Positions 36,996 to 45,437 of a DNA stretch of 64,000 bases are shown in pieces. The DNA is from Patescibacteria group bacterium (GTDB lineage Bacteria > Patescibacteriota > Patescibacteriia > UBA9934). Location: NCBI GenBank assembly GCA_049296775.1, contig JBAQTB010000001.1, forward strand, positions 160,992-224,991, in the 5' to 3' direction. Position 1 is the stretch's first letter; each line of letters opens with the position of its first letter. The notes below the pieces were generated by a model, which had not been told where the DNA came from, ran no database searches, and saw only the letters and a program-made list of their open reading frames with translations. The translations under genes were made by a program, and so were the position numbers.

Positions 36996-38966
36996 ATGGC
37001 GAATAATTCTCACGTGTCTGTCTGCTGGGGATCCCCGGATGACCGGGGACTCGTCGGTCAGCTCGAGGGGGGCGGGCGCAAGCTCGTCCGCCTGGATAAC
37101 AAGGCTAAAATTCCGGCCGATATGCGGCCGGAACCCAACACGGTTCAGCCGTGTCGGGTGTCGCACGACACGGCTCCGGACGCCCCAGGGCGCGGCGTCA
37201 TGTTCGTGGTACCGATCGGCCCGGCGGTCGATCAAAAAACTGCCCGTGAACGGCGGATGGCTCAGAACCTGTCAGAGGTTCGGGCCGAGTGGAAGGCCGC
37301 CTGGCGACGGGCAGTGGTCTCCGACCTGACCAACTTGGTCAGCGGGTACAAGGCGAACATCGGGTACGACACCCGGTGGAACGTCGGAAGAGAGAATCTT
37401 GAGCCGCAAAACCCGCTGTTGCGGGTTGTTGATGACCAGGCGGGAGTCTGGACTAAGCCCTGTCAAAACGGGGTGTATATCTGGGAAGAGTGCGTTCTCG
37501 TCTTGCCCGAATTGGGCCAAGGCGAGGAGCTCTCCAAGCGGCTACTGGCCGCCTGGCGACAGAGCTCCTCCCTAAACGTGGGGCTCGAGAGGCTGACCGA
37601 TCTCGGTCTCAGCCTCACCGGACCCATCGACCGCACGGTCACGGTTAACGTACAGAATTACGTTATCGTGAACTGGAGCGGAGTGGTCAACGGTGAGCGC
37701 ATCACCATCGCCGAGAGGTGGTTCAAACCGGGAGACGGCGAAACTGGGGATGAAGACATCCCCGAGGTTGCCACCGCTTTGGCAGTATGGTGCAAGAAAG
37801 TCGTGGACGATTGTAGTCGTGATGAGTCCTGGGACACACTGGTCTCAGGGGTCGTGACACTGAGCTCGCACGTCACACCGACGTTCGAGTATCTGTCGCC
37901 AGACGAGCGCGGCACGCGCACGGGCGGTGGAAACTCAATCAACGTGGTGCATGTCGACGGCCAAAAAGTGGGCAATGTATCAGCCCTTTTCTGGCCCGAG
38001 GCGCAGGCCTTCTTTGGCCTGGTAGAGGGCGGCCATCACCCCGGGCTGTCGGCCCGTCAGCTCCGGGCGTTCAACCTCGCCCTATCTGACTGGACCACCA
38101 GCGGGCGACTGGGCCCTCGTGGTCGCGCAGCCATGCTGGCTGAAGCTGGGGTCAATTACGACCCAGCAGCAGTCATGGCCGCCGGAAAAACTGACAAAGC
38201 GCGGCGTGACTTTGAGGCTGAGGCCCAAAAAGTCGCCACACAGGCTGCGGAGGCGGCGGCCTTGAAAATCGCCGCCGCAGAAATCAGTAACGCGGCCAAA
38301 ACAGTTATGGCAGCGAAGCACTTCAGGTGTTTTGCGCCAACGCTGCAGGCTTTGCTGACCAGTCTGGTCAGCGAGGCCAATCGGCCATTCGTTGAAGATT
38401 ACTGGCTCTCCTGGGCGCAACGCGTGATGCTGCAAATCCAGGAAGCCACACCGGCCGCAATTGCGGCAGCTGGCCAGGAAGAGCAAGGCGAAATCCTTGC
38501 TAACTTTCAGGCATGGAAAAAGCGCAGCGGCGGGCCCACTAACAATGGACAGGGCTGGGTAATCCAACCGGACGGCTCGTGTCGAGAGCCGGACCGCATG
38601 GACAAACCCCGGCCTCGCCATGATGAGGGCACCCAACATTGGGACCTCGTCAGTGGTCCGGAACTGGCAATCTCGTGGAGCAGAGCGCACTCTGGCGCTC
38701 CCCACGAGTTCGCGGTGGCCAAGATGCCCACCCGCGACCGGATCACAAAGGCGCAACGGGCAACCGTTGTGCGTCTCCAAACGGAGATCGCAGAAGCCGG
38801 AGGCGACTGTGGTAACTGCTGGGGGCTTACCCCAGTCATCGCGGCTCCCGCACTCGCTCCGCGAGTAACGGCGCCAGCCTCACCGTCACCTGAGGTGGCG
38901 AAAGCGAAAGTATCAGCGGCTGATGTCGAAAAGCTTAGAGAAGCTCTCGGCATCAAGCGCCGCTAA
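36996..38966 (+). CDS. large orphan protein (up to 656 aa; true start may be an internal Met)
   Basis: GC3-rich frame; Ala-rich helical central region; C-terminal CGNC and Pro/Ala-rich tail; antisense ORFs 38082..38780 and 38507..38956 judged spurious. Confidence 0.5.
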   Translation: MANNSHVSVCWGSPDDRGLVGQLEGGGRKLVRLDNKAKIPADMRPEPNTVQPCRVSHDTAPDAPGRGVMFVVPIGPAVDQKTARERRMAQNLSEVRAEWKAAWRRAVVSDLTNLVSGYKANIGYDTRWNVGRENLEPQNPLLRVVDDQAGVWTKPCQNGVYIWEECVLVLPELGQGEELSKRLLAAWRQSSSLNVGLERLTDLGLSLTGPIDRTVTVNVQNYVIVNWSGVVNGERITIAERWFKPGDGETGDEDIPEVATALAVWCKKVVDDCSRDESWDTLVSGVVTLSSHVTPTFEYLSPDERGTRTGGGNSINVVHVDGQKVGNVSALFWPEAQAFFGLVEGGHHPGLSARQLRAFNLALSDWTTSGRLGPRGRAAMLAEAGVNYDPAAVMAAGKTDKARRDFEAEAQKVATQAAEAAALKIAAAEISNAAKTVMAAKHFRCFAPTLQALLTSLVSEANRPFVEDYWLSWAQRVMLQIQEATPAAIAAAGQEEQGEILANFQAWKKRSGGPTNNGQGWVIQPDGSCREPDRMDKPRPRHDEGTQHWDLVSGPELAISWSRAHSGAPHEFAVAKMPTRDRITKAQRATVVRLQTEIAEAGGDCGNCWGLTPVIAAPALAPRVTAPASPSPEVAKAKVSAADVEKLREALGIKRR

Positions 38967-39165
38967 AATCTCGGACGTCGCTCGTCGCACAACGACGACG
39001 TCCCCTTATCTGATAGCTTCAGGCTTCTCTCTCCCTGGAGTTATCAGATGAGGACCAGTGAATTCCGTTCAGTTTTAAATCATGGTGATTTGGAGCTTGC
39101 GGAAAACTGGAAATCACGGTCTTCAAATGACCGATCAACCGCGCCAATAGGCGCAAGGAGGCCTC

Positions 39166-39876
39166 ATGGTCATCGAAAAGTTTTGGACCGTTGTCGCGGG
39201 GAAGATTGGAACCGCCCATACTGGGCGGGACGGCGTCGTGCGGGACTTTCGTCCCGCCGAGATCGAGTTCTGCTCGATGAACGGAACGGTCTTATTGAAA
39301 CCGCGAGACGGCGTCACGCCAAGGGAGACATTGAAACTCTCCCGGCGTGAGTTGTCCCGTGAGCCGCTGGAAGGCGGTGAGCGGGATCGCATCACCTTCG
39401 AGGTCTTCGCGACCTTCATGGAGGTGGAGATCTCAGAGGTCAGGACCGAAGAAGTCCTGACGGCTCTCGGCAAGGAGCGTGCCGAGCAGCGGTCCGCTCT
39501 TGAAAAGCAGAGCTGGGCTGATGCCCAGCTGTTGAGAAAGGCTCAAGAGCCCGAGGACCGCCAAGCCCTCGAAAACTGGATCACGGCCCGACTGGCCGAC
39601 CCACTCATGGGCGGCCAGATGCAGGTTAATCACCTGCTCCGCAAGCCCAGTCGGGCGCGGTGGGCCGTCGGTGCCCTCGTGAGCCGATGGCTGCGGTGGG
39701 CCCCGCTAGAGGGACAGTTCAACCATCGCAACGATGTGTTGAAAGCTCTCCAGGTCCGCTCCGGATCTACGGAGTACTACGCCGGAGGGCAGCTGGTGGC
39801 AAGCCGGGTGGCGGAGGTGCTCGAAGAGCGCCGCGCCGTTCGCAAGGCCGAATGGCTCGCGCGTAACAACAAGTAA
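39166..39876 (+). CDS. hypothetical protein (island gene)
   Basis: 236 aa; RBS AAGGAGG 6 nt before ATG; GC3-rich. Confidence 0.55.
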   Translation: MVIEKFWTVVAGKIGTAHTGRDGVVRDFRPAEIEFCSMNGTVLLKPRDGVTPRETLKLSRRELSREPLEGGERDRITFEVFATFMEVEISEVRTEEVLTALGKERAEQRSALEKQSWADAQLLRKAQEPEDRQALENWITARLADPLMGGQMQVNHLLRKPSRARWAVGALVSRWLRWAPLEGQFNHRNDVLKALQVRSGSTEYYAGGQLVASRVAEVLEERRAVRKAEWLARNNK

Positions 39877-40047
39877 ACCTCCGGCTTCTTTCTTGCTTTC
39901 TGAGCCTGATCAGTAAAGTAATTCGAATGTCGCTTGCACCTGCGGCATTCGCTCGTCACGTCGTTTACATCCGACGTGACCTCATCCGATACCTTGAGAT
40001 TCTCTCTCGCTCGAGGTATCAGATCAGCTCATGTGTCAGCATGAAAA

Positions 40048-40085
40048 ATACGATCGATCCAAAACTGGAACGATCGTATTTTTTG
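40048..40085. terminator. bidirectional hairpin terminator at the right edge of the GC-rich island
   Basis: ATACGATCG...CGATCGTAT 9-bp stem followed by TTTTTTG; abuts the VanW stop. Confidence 0.5.
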
Positions 40086-40086
40086 T

Positions 40087-40977
40087 TTATTGCATGATCA
40101 CGGTAGCGCCGGGAGGGGGCAGATATTTCATCTCAGAATGATTCTCGCATACCAGAGTATCTCTCAAGAGATTGCCGGTACGACGATCGATAACTTGTTG
40201 AAAAAGTTTATTTTCTCTGTAAAACTTACCGGTTTTTTGGTCGTGAATAAACTGGTGATCTCGTTCAATGATCGAATAAGCAACCTTAGGCTCATGACTG
40301 GCCCGGAGTTCGCCACGCAGAAATTTATCATCAACCCAAACTACAAGCTCAAAATCCGTTTCCGTGTCATTCCGGAATTGGAGATCGACGTAATTATAGA
40401 AAATCGTGGCACCACTCGCAAAAGGCAAAACCCTTCCCGAATCCGGGAAAGCATCAAAGCTATGACGGTACCGTTCTGTCACTGTAAGCGGAGAATGCAA
40501 CGCCATCCAGTAAAGTAAGTTAGCCATCTGACACAGCCCTCCCCCCACACCTTCAATCACTTCTCCATTGGAAAGCAGGATCCCTGGCAGAAAACCACGC
40601 TGAGCTGTAGGGCGACCCACTAACTTCCAGAGTGAAAAAGTTTCACCGGGCTTAATAATTATCTTGGTGATCTCTTTGGCAGCCAATTGCAGATTCGTGA
40701 TCTTATTGTGTTGTAAACGCATGTCAGTGTTACCCAGCTTGCGCAATAACAATGACTTATGCGAGTAAACTTTAAACGGTAAAGGTGCCTGACTACGCTC
40801 ACTAGCGTAGCAGGTAGCGCCAGTACGCCAAACAAACTGACGCTGCAAGCGATGATGCTCAATAGCCAGCTGACGAATGACTGGATTTTTCTTTAATGTC
40901 GATAACATAAAACGGCTAAGTATACTCAAAAAAGCAACTTTTGTCAATCGCTTACCTTGTATAACGCTACCGTACAA
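40087..40977 (-). CDS. VanW-family protein
   Basis: VanW core GVGGGLCQMANLLYWMALHS; N-terminal hydrophobic segment. Confidence 0.75.
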   Translation of the reverse strand: MYGSVIQGKRLTKVAFLSILSRFMLSTLKKNPVIRQLAIEHHRLQRQFVWRTGATCYASERSQAPLPFKVYSHKSLLLRKLGNTDMRLQHNKITNLQLAAKEITKIIIKPGETFSLWKLVGRPTAQRGFLPGILLSNGEVIEGVGGGLCQMANLLYWMALHSPLTVTERYRHSFDAFPDSGRVLPFASGATIFYNYVDLQFRNDTETDFELVVWVDDKFLRGELRASHEPKVAYSIIERDHQFIHDQKTGKFYRENKLFQQVIDRRTGNLLRDTLVCENHSEMKYLPPPGATVIMQ

Positions 40978-41036
40978 AAGGTGTTACAATGGCGCTATTC
41001 CTACGCCATTATTGCCGTGGTCTATACTTACCGTAT

Positions 41037-42410
41037 ATGAAATCCCTAGTCTTTCTCACTGTCGCCCTAAGTTTCCTAGTCATGCAGCAGGCACAAGCCG
41101 CAAGCAACTATGAACTTAAGGTGTTTACGCAGTCTGGCGAGTTAGTTAGGTCATTTGTACCGTTCACGGAAGGGACACCCGGTAGCGTCACAGCTGCTGA
41201 TCTTGGCGCTGATGGCGTAGCTGAGATTATCGTGGGGGCGGGTTACGGCAGTCAGCCGCTCGTACGCGTTTTTCGTCAGGATGGGTCGATAATTGGAGAG
41301 TTCATGGCGTACGGTGAAACCTTTAGGGGCGGGGTCAACGTGGCTACTTGCGACTTAGACGGCGATGGCAATAGCGAAATTGTCACTGGAGCTGGCTATA
41401 CCGGTGGGCCCCACGTCAGAATCTTCAAGAATGATGGAACGCCAACTGGAGTCTCGTTCTTTGCCTACGGTGAAGCCTTCCGTGGTGGCGTGAATGTGAC
41501 CTGCGGAGACGTTACGGGTGACGGGATCGCAGAAATCATCACGGGTGCAGGCGTAACCGGCGGACCGCATGTCAAAGTCTTTAACGCAGCTGGCGCTTTA
41601 CTTGATGAAGCTTTTAGCGGCTCGGCTAGTGAGTCCACTGGTGTGTTTGTCACGCTTGGTGATACAGACGGCGATGATCAGCTCGAAGTCTTGGCCTCGC
41701 CCATGGCATATGCACATCCGAGCGTAACAATTTTCGCGTGGACCAACGGCGCTCTCAAATATCGTCAATCACTGGCTACCGGTACCGTACCAACTCACGG
41801 CTCCCCCCTTGCCGCTTTCGATATCGACAATGACGGAGCGGACGAAATTGCGGTGAGTGATGGCGCTTTCGGCAGTAGCGTAATCGATGTCTTAGAAACT
41901 GTGGGCAATACTACGGCGAGTATCGAAACAAGTTCACTCACCGCCGGCTTTTCTTTGGTGCCAGCAACTCTTAAAGACGATGCATCCAATCATTTGCTCG
42001 TACTCGCAGCCACCACCCAGCTAGTGGATGCCACGAGTGAAAAATATATCGTGGTCGATATTTCCGAACAGCGTCTTACGGCCTTTAGTAACGGTGTCCC
42101 GGTGAATACTTTTCTAGTGTCAACTGGAGTGAACGGCTGGAATACTCCGCAAGGCACGACCACAATCACAGCCAAAATTCCGATCATGGATTACACCTGG
42201 TTTTACGGCGCTGGTAATCCTAACAATTACAGTTTGCCAGACGTACAGTGGAACATGCGCTTCCGTAACCACTACTATTTGCACTCGGCATACTGGCACA
42301 ACAACTTTGGTCATCAAATGAGTCACGGCTGCGTCAACATCAGTGTTCCAAATGCTGAATGGCTATTCAACTGGTCAACAGTTGGTACAACGGTGACGGT
42401 ACAAAATTAA
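41037..42410 (+). CDS. FG-GAP repeat protein with C-terminal L,D-transpeptidase (YkuD) domain
   Basis: Signal peptide MKSLVFLTVALSFLVMQQAQA; repeated DGDG..E..TGAG FG-GAP units; catalytic SHGCVN in C-terminal YkuD; track ORF starts at 40989, but an extended -10 TGtTACAAT at 40982-40990 favours 41037. Confidence 0.75.
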   Translation: MKSLVFLTVALSFLVMQQAQAASNYELKVFTQSGELVRSFVPFTEGTPGSVTAADLGADGVAEIIVGAGYGSQPLVRVFRQDGSIIGEFMAYGETFRGGVNVATCDLDGDGNSEIVTGAGYTGGPHVRIFKNDGTPTGVSFFAYGEAFRGGVNVTCGDVTGDGIAEIITGAGVTGGPHVKVFNAAGALLDEAFSGSASESTGVFVTLGDTDGDDQLEVLASPMAYAHPSVTIFAWTNGALKYRQSLATGTVPTHGSPLAAFDIDNDGADEIAVSDGAFGSSVIDVLETVGNTTASIETSSLTAGFSLVPATLKDDASNHLLVLAATTQLVDATSEKYIVVDISEQRLTAFSNGVPVNTFLVSTGVNGWNTPQGTTTITAKIPIMDYTWFYGAGNPNNYSLPDVQWNMRFRNHYYLHSAYWHNNFGHQMSHGCVNISVPNAEWLFNWSTVGTTVTVQN

Positions 42411-42573
42411 ACACACGCAAAAAAATAAAAGTTATACACAACACACGATTATATTTCGTGTGTTGTTCATTTTTTATCGCTATACTATTGTCAACGTCAT
42501 GAACTACCTCGTGACGCACAAATGGAAAACTTTTTTCGAAAAGTTTTCTTCTAAATCAGGAGGTGCATAATCT

Positions 42574-42735
42574 ATGGCAACTAAGAAAGCCAAGAAGCCT
42601 GCGAAGCGTAAGGCAGCAGCAAAGCGTAAGCCAGCTGCAAGAAAGCCTGCGAAGCGTAAGGTTGCCGCCAAGCGTAAGCCAGCTGCAAAGCGCAAGCCAG
42701 CCAAGCGTAAGGCCGCAGCTAAGAAGCGTCGCTAG
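42574..42735 (+). CDS. 53-aa Lys/Ala-rich basic protein (histone H1/Hc1-like DNA-binding protein)
   Basis: AGGAGG RBS 10 nt upstream; MATKKAKKPAKRKAAAKRKPAARKPAKRKVAAKRKPAAKRKPAKRKAAAKKRR; tandem 21/42-nt repeats; terminator follows; below the 60-aa ORF-track cutoff. Confidence 0.55.
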   Translation: MATKKAKKPAKRKAAAKRKPAARKPAKRKVAAKRKPAAKRKPAKRKAAAKKRR

Positions 42736-42740
42736 TTACA

Positions 42741-42803
42741 AAAATCCTCGAGCGAGAAGCGCATCCATTGGAGGAGGTGCTGCTCACCGAGGATTTTTTC
42801 TTT
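42741..42803. terminator. rho-independent terminator after the small basic-protein gene
   Basis: AAAATCCTCG...CGAGGATTTTTTCTTTTT. Confidence 0.5.
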
Positions 42804-44037
42804 TTAACTCGTTTTTATTGAAGATTTTAACACTTCCAAAGATCCCGTCGTAACCCGGAGCAATGCTTAGCTCCCCCGCTCTCACGCGCCTGATAGCTTC
42901 CGCAATCTCTGCCCCAACTGACGCAGAGATATCGGCAATGGAACGGTCGAGTAGAATAGCAAATTCATTCCCGAGTTTCTGTAACATCAATTCGTACGTA
43001 GCCGAAACTTTTTTTGACTTGGTCGATTTCACGCCATAAATTTCTGCCAAAATTTCCGGGAGCGGCACAATACATTTTTGCGGCACGTGATAACTCGGCA
43101 TCACACTCAACTCACGATCACGCAAATCTGCAACGCGTGACATCACACCAATCGTCAGTGGCCGCTGACACTTAGGGCACAAGCCGCCAAACTTTTTAGT
43201 CTCCGTCGGGTCGAGAGAGACACCACAGTCTGCGTGACCGTCAGAATGATATTTGCCTTCCTCAGGATAAAACTCAATGGTATACAAAAATGATTTGGTG
43301 TCTCGTTCACGCAAGACGCGCATAAAGCCATCAAATGAGAACTGCTCAGGAGATATCTCAAACACATTCGCCTCACGACCAAACTTTTCTGGACTATGCG
43401 CATCAGAATTTGAAATCAAAGACATTTGGTCGAGCATCGAGCAGGATCGGTTCATCAAGGCGTCACTAGATAACCCGGTTTCGATGGCGAAAATATGCGG
43501 TGACATTGAACCAAAACAATCTTCCAACGTATCAAAGCCGGACTTAGAACCAAACACAGAAAACCATGGCGTCCAAGCATGTGCAGGAATCAAAACGATC
43601 CGCTCATCAAGATCTTTGAGGCGTTTATACAGCTCCTCCGAATCTAGTCCCAGAATTGGTCGACCATCAGCACGTAAATTAAAACCCGCCGCCAGCAACC
43701 AAGCATTGATACGTTTAACTACCTCCAGAGAAGGCGCAAAAATCAAATTATGGACTCGTCTAGTCTTACCGTGGCGACTATAAATTTGAGACACTTCGGT
43801 GGTCAGCATGTAGCGCATGTCACCAAAACTGCCATCAGCCAACTTGTACAAGCCAGGCTCAGCCTCAACTAACTTACTCTCGATCTCCTTAAACCAAATT
43901 GGATGAGTAAAATCGCCCGTACCTAAAACATTGACACCTTTCTTTTGGCACCAGAGAGCATTGTTCTCCAGGGTCAACAACTGTGAACAGGCTCGAGAAA
44001 ATCTAGAATGGACATGCCAATCGGTAATACAGCGCAT
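42784..44037 (-). CDS. PHP-domain nuclease, endonuclease Q (EndoQ/TIGR00375)-like
   Basis: N-terminus TDWHVHSRFSRACSQLLT matches EndoQ PHP motif D-H-HS+FS-A-S; C-terminal zinc finger C..C...CPKC. Confidence 0.5.
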   Translation of the reverse strand: MRCITDWHVHSRFSRACSQLLTLENNALWCQKKGVNVLGTGDFTHPIWFKEIESKLVEAEPGLYKLADGSFGDMRYMLTTEVSQIYSRHGKTRRVHNLIFAPSLEVVKRINAWLLAAGFNLRADGRPILGLDSEELYKRLKDLDERIVLIPAHAWTPWFSVFGSKSGFDTLEDCFGSMSPHIFAIETGLSSDALMNRSCSMLDQMSLISNSDAHSPEKFGREANVFEISPEQFSFDGFMRVLRERDTKSFLYTIEFYPEEGKYHSDGHADCGVSLDPTETKKFGGLCPKCQRPLTIGVMSRVADLRDRELSVMPSYHVPQKCIVPLPEILAEIYGVKSTKSKKVSATYELMLQKLGNEFAILLDRSIADISASVGAEIAEAIRRVRAGELSIAPGYDGIFGSVKIFNKNELKRKNPR

Positions 44038-44043
44038 ACCAAC

Positions 44044-44667
44044 CTAAGTAGACTTGGCAATCCGTAATTTGAGGCAAACCACTAACATGACGATCCCAGT
44101 CACCATGGTTAAGCCCTCACCCACCGTAAATGAACGTAGGACTGTAAATTTGATAATGGCGTGTGCCGCCAAACTTCCCGCTAACACCAAGACACATAAA
44201 CCCACCAATCTCACGCGCATGACCTGGGACCACAGCACGTCAGCCAGCAAGACTAAACCAGCTAATATCGCGAGAAGTGCCTGATTAATGCCAAGTAAAT
44301 AACTTAACAAGACTCCAAAGATCACCAATTCACGTAATCCCCGTCCCACCTCACCAGCCTTGCCCGTAAATCTGAGACTAAACAGATACGCTGCAAACGT
44401 AATCAGTAAAATTATCAACCAACGAGACAATGCCGCATTCAAATCACTTGTGATAACACCAATGCCCCTAGCGCCGTTCATGGCATCAACCGTATCTCCC
44501 AAAGTTAAAATGAGAGCAAGCGGCAATAACCCCAAGGCAATTTGCGCCGCTAGAAAGGGTATACCCCACCAACCCAAAGCCTGGAACACATCGCCGACGG
44601 CCTGGCCGAAGCTAACTATTTGCGTGGCGCCGCGCTGTTTCAAAGTGTGTAAATAAGTTTTAAACAT
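44044..44667 (-). CDS. integral membrane protein (Yip1-like, uncertain)
   Basis: Five predicted TM helices. Confidence 0.4.
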   Translation of the reverse strand: MFKTYLHTLKQRGATQIVSFGQAVGDVFQALGWWGIPFLAAQIALGLLPLALILTLGDTVDAMNGARGIGVITSDLNAALSRWLIILLITFAAYLFSLRFTGKAGEVGRGLRELVIFGVLLSYLLGINQALLAILAGLVLLADVLWSQVMRVRLVGLCVLVLAGSLAAHAIIKFTVLRSFTVGEGLTMVTGIVMLVVCLKLRIAKST

Positions 44668-44672
44668 AGAGC

Positions 44673-45437
44673 TTAGTCAACTAAACGCTCCCATAAGGCT
44701 AAAAACAAGCCCCTCTGGGTCACGTAAATGCCGGGGTTTTCTATAATCAAACCCACCAACTCACCATCTTTATCTAAAAAGATATTCGCCACCTTGCCAT
44801 GATAGATCAAAATGTAGGTCGGGGTGCCCTCTAAACCAGAAATATATTTACGTTCATCCAAACCGGCCGTTTTGCCACCCTTACCAATGGAAATATTCTT
44901 AACGTGAATACCAGCCGCCAAACGCTTCTCCGTATAATCATGAAAAGAGTTGTACAAACCGGCCTCACGGACTGAACTTGAAGAATACACAAAATATTCC
45001 GGCTTGTCCGCCTTCACTACCGTCTCTAAAACATCTTCTAAAATTGCTCTAACGCCTTCCGGACCCTCATACATCCGCGCCGCCGGCTGCCGGGTACCCG
45101 CCGAGTAACTAGCCTCTAACTCAGCCACTACGTGGGTTAAATCACGGGTAGCCTTATCGATCTCAGCTGCGCGTGCCCGGGCCAATTCCTGCAATCTAGC
45201 GGGCGGTGCAGCCACAAAGAACTGCTTAGTTTCACGATTATAAAAATGGACTAACTCCAAAACTTGTAAATGTTTCAACGTGTCGTAAACCGTGCCGCGA
45301 TTAATCCCAGTCAAACTCGCCAATTGTCGCACCGAACCCGGACCCTCCCGCAACAAGGTCAGATACAACGTCACGTCCTTGGGAGACAAACCTAGCTCCC
45401 CCAATACCTCTTCCAAAGGACGTGTTAAAACGCTCAT
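44673..45437 (-). CDS. TrmB-family transcriptional regulator (paralog 2)
   Basis: wHTH LGLSPKDVTLYLTLLREGPGSVRQLASLTGINRGTVYDTLKHL; same architecture as the 30806 gene. Confidence 0.65.
   Translation of the reverse strand: MSVLTRPLEEVLGELGLSPKDVTLYLTLLREGPGSVRQLASLTGINRGTVYDTLKHLQVLELVHFYNRETKQFFVAAPPARLQELARARAAEIDKATRDLTHVVAELEASYSAGTRQPAARMYEGPEGVRAILEDVLETVVKADKPEYFVYSSSSVREAGLYNSFHDYTEKRLAAGIHVKNISIGKGGKTAGLDERKYISGLEGTPTYILIYHGKVANIFLDKDGELVGLIIENPGIYVTQRGLFLALWERLVD

Noticed and set aside
38082-38956. Minus-strand ORFs 38082..38780, 38156..38380, 38507..38956 and the + ORF 37039..37329 inside the 656-aa gene
   Set aside because: Antisense/alternate-frame artefacts of GC-rich sequence; Ala/Arg/Ser-rich, no GC3 pattern.
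42504-42853. Track ORFs 42563..42853 + and 42504..42704 -
   Set aside because: Out-of-frame readings of the Lys/Ala-rich repeat gene (42574-42735) and its terminator.
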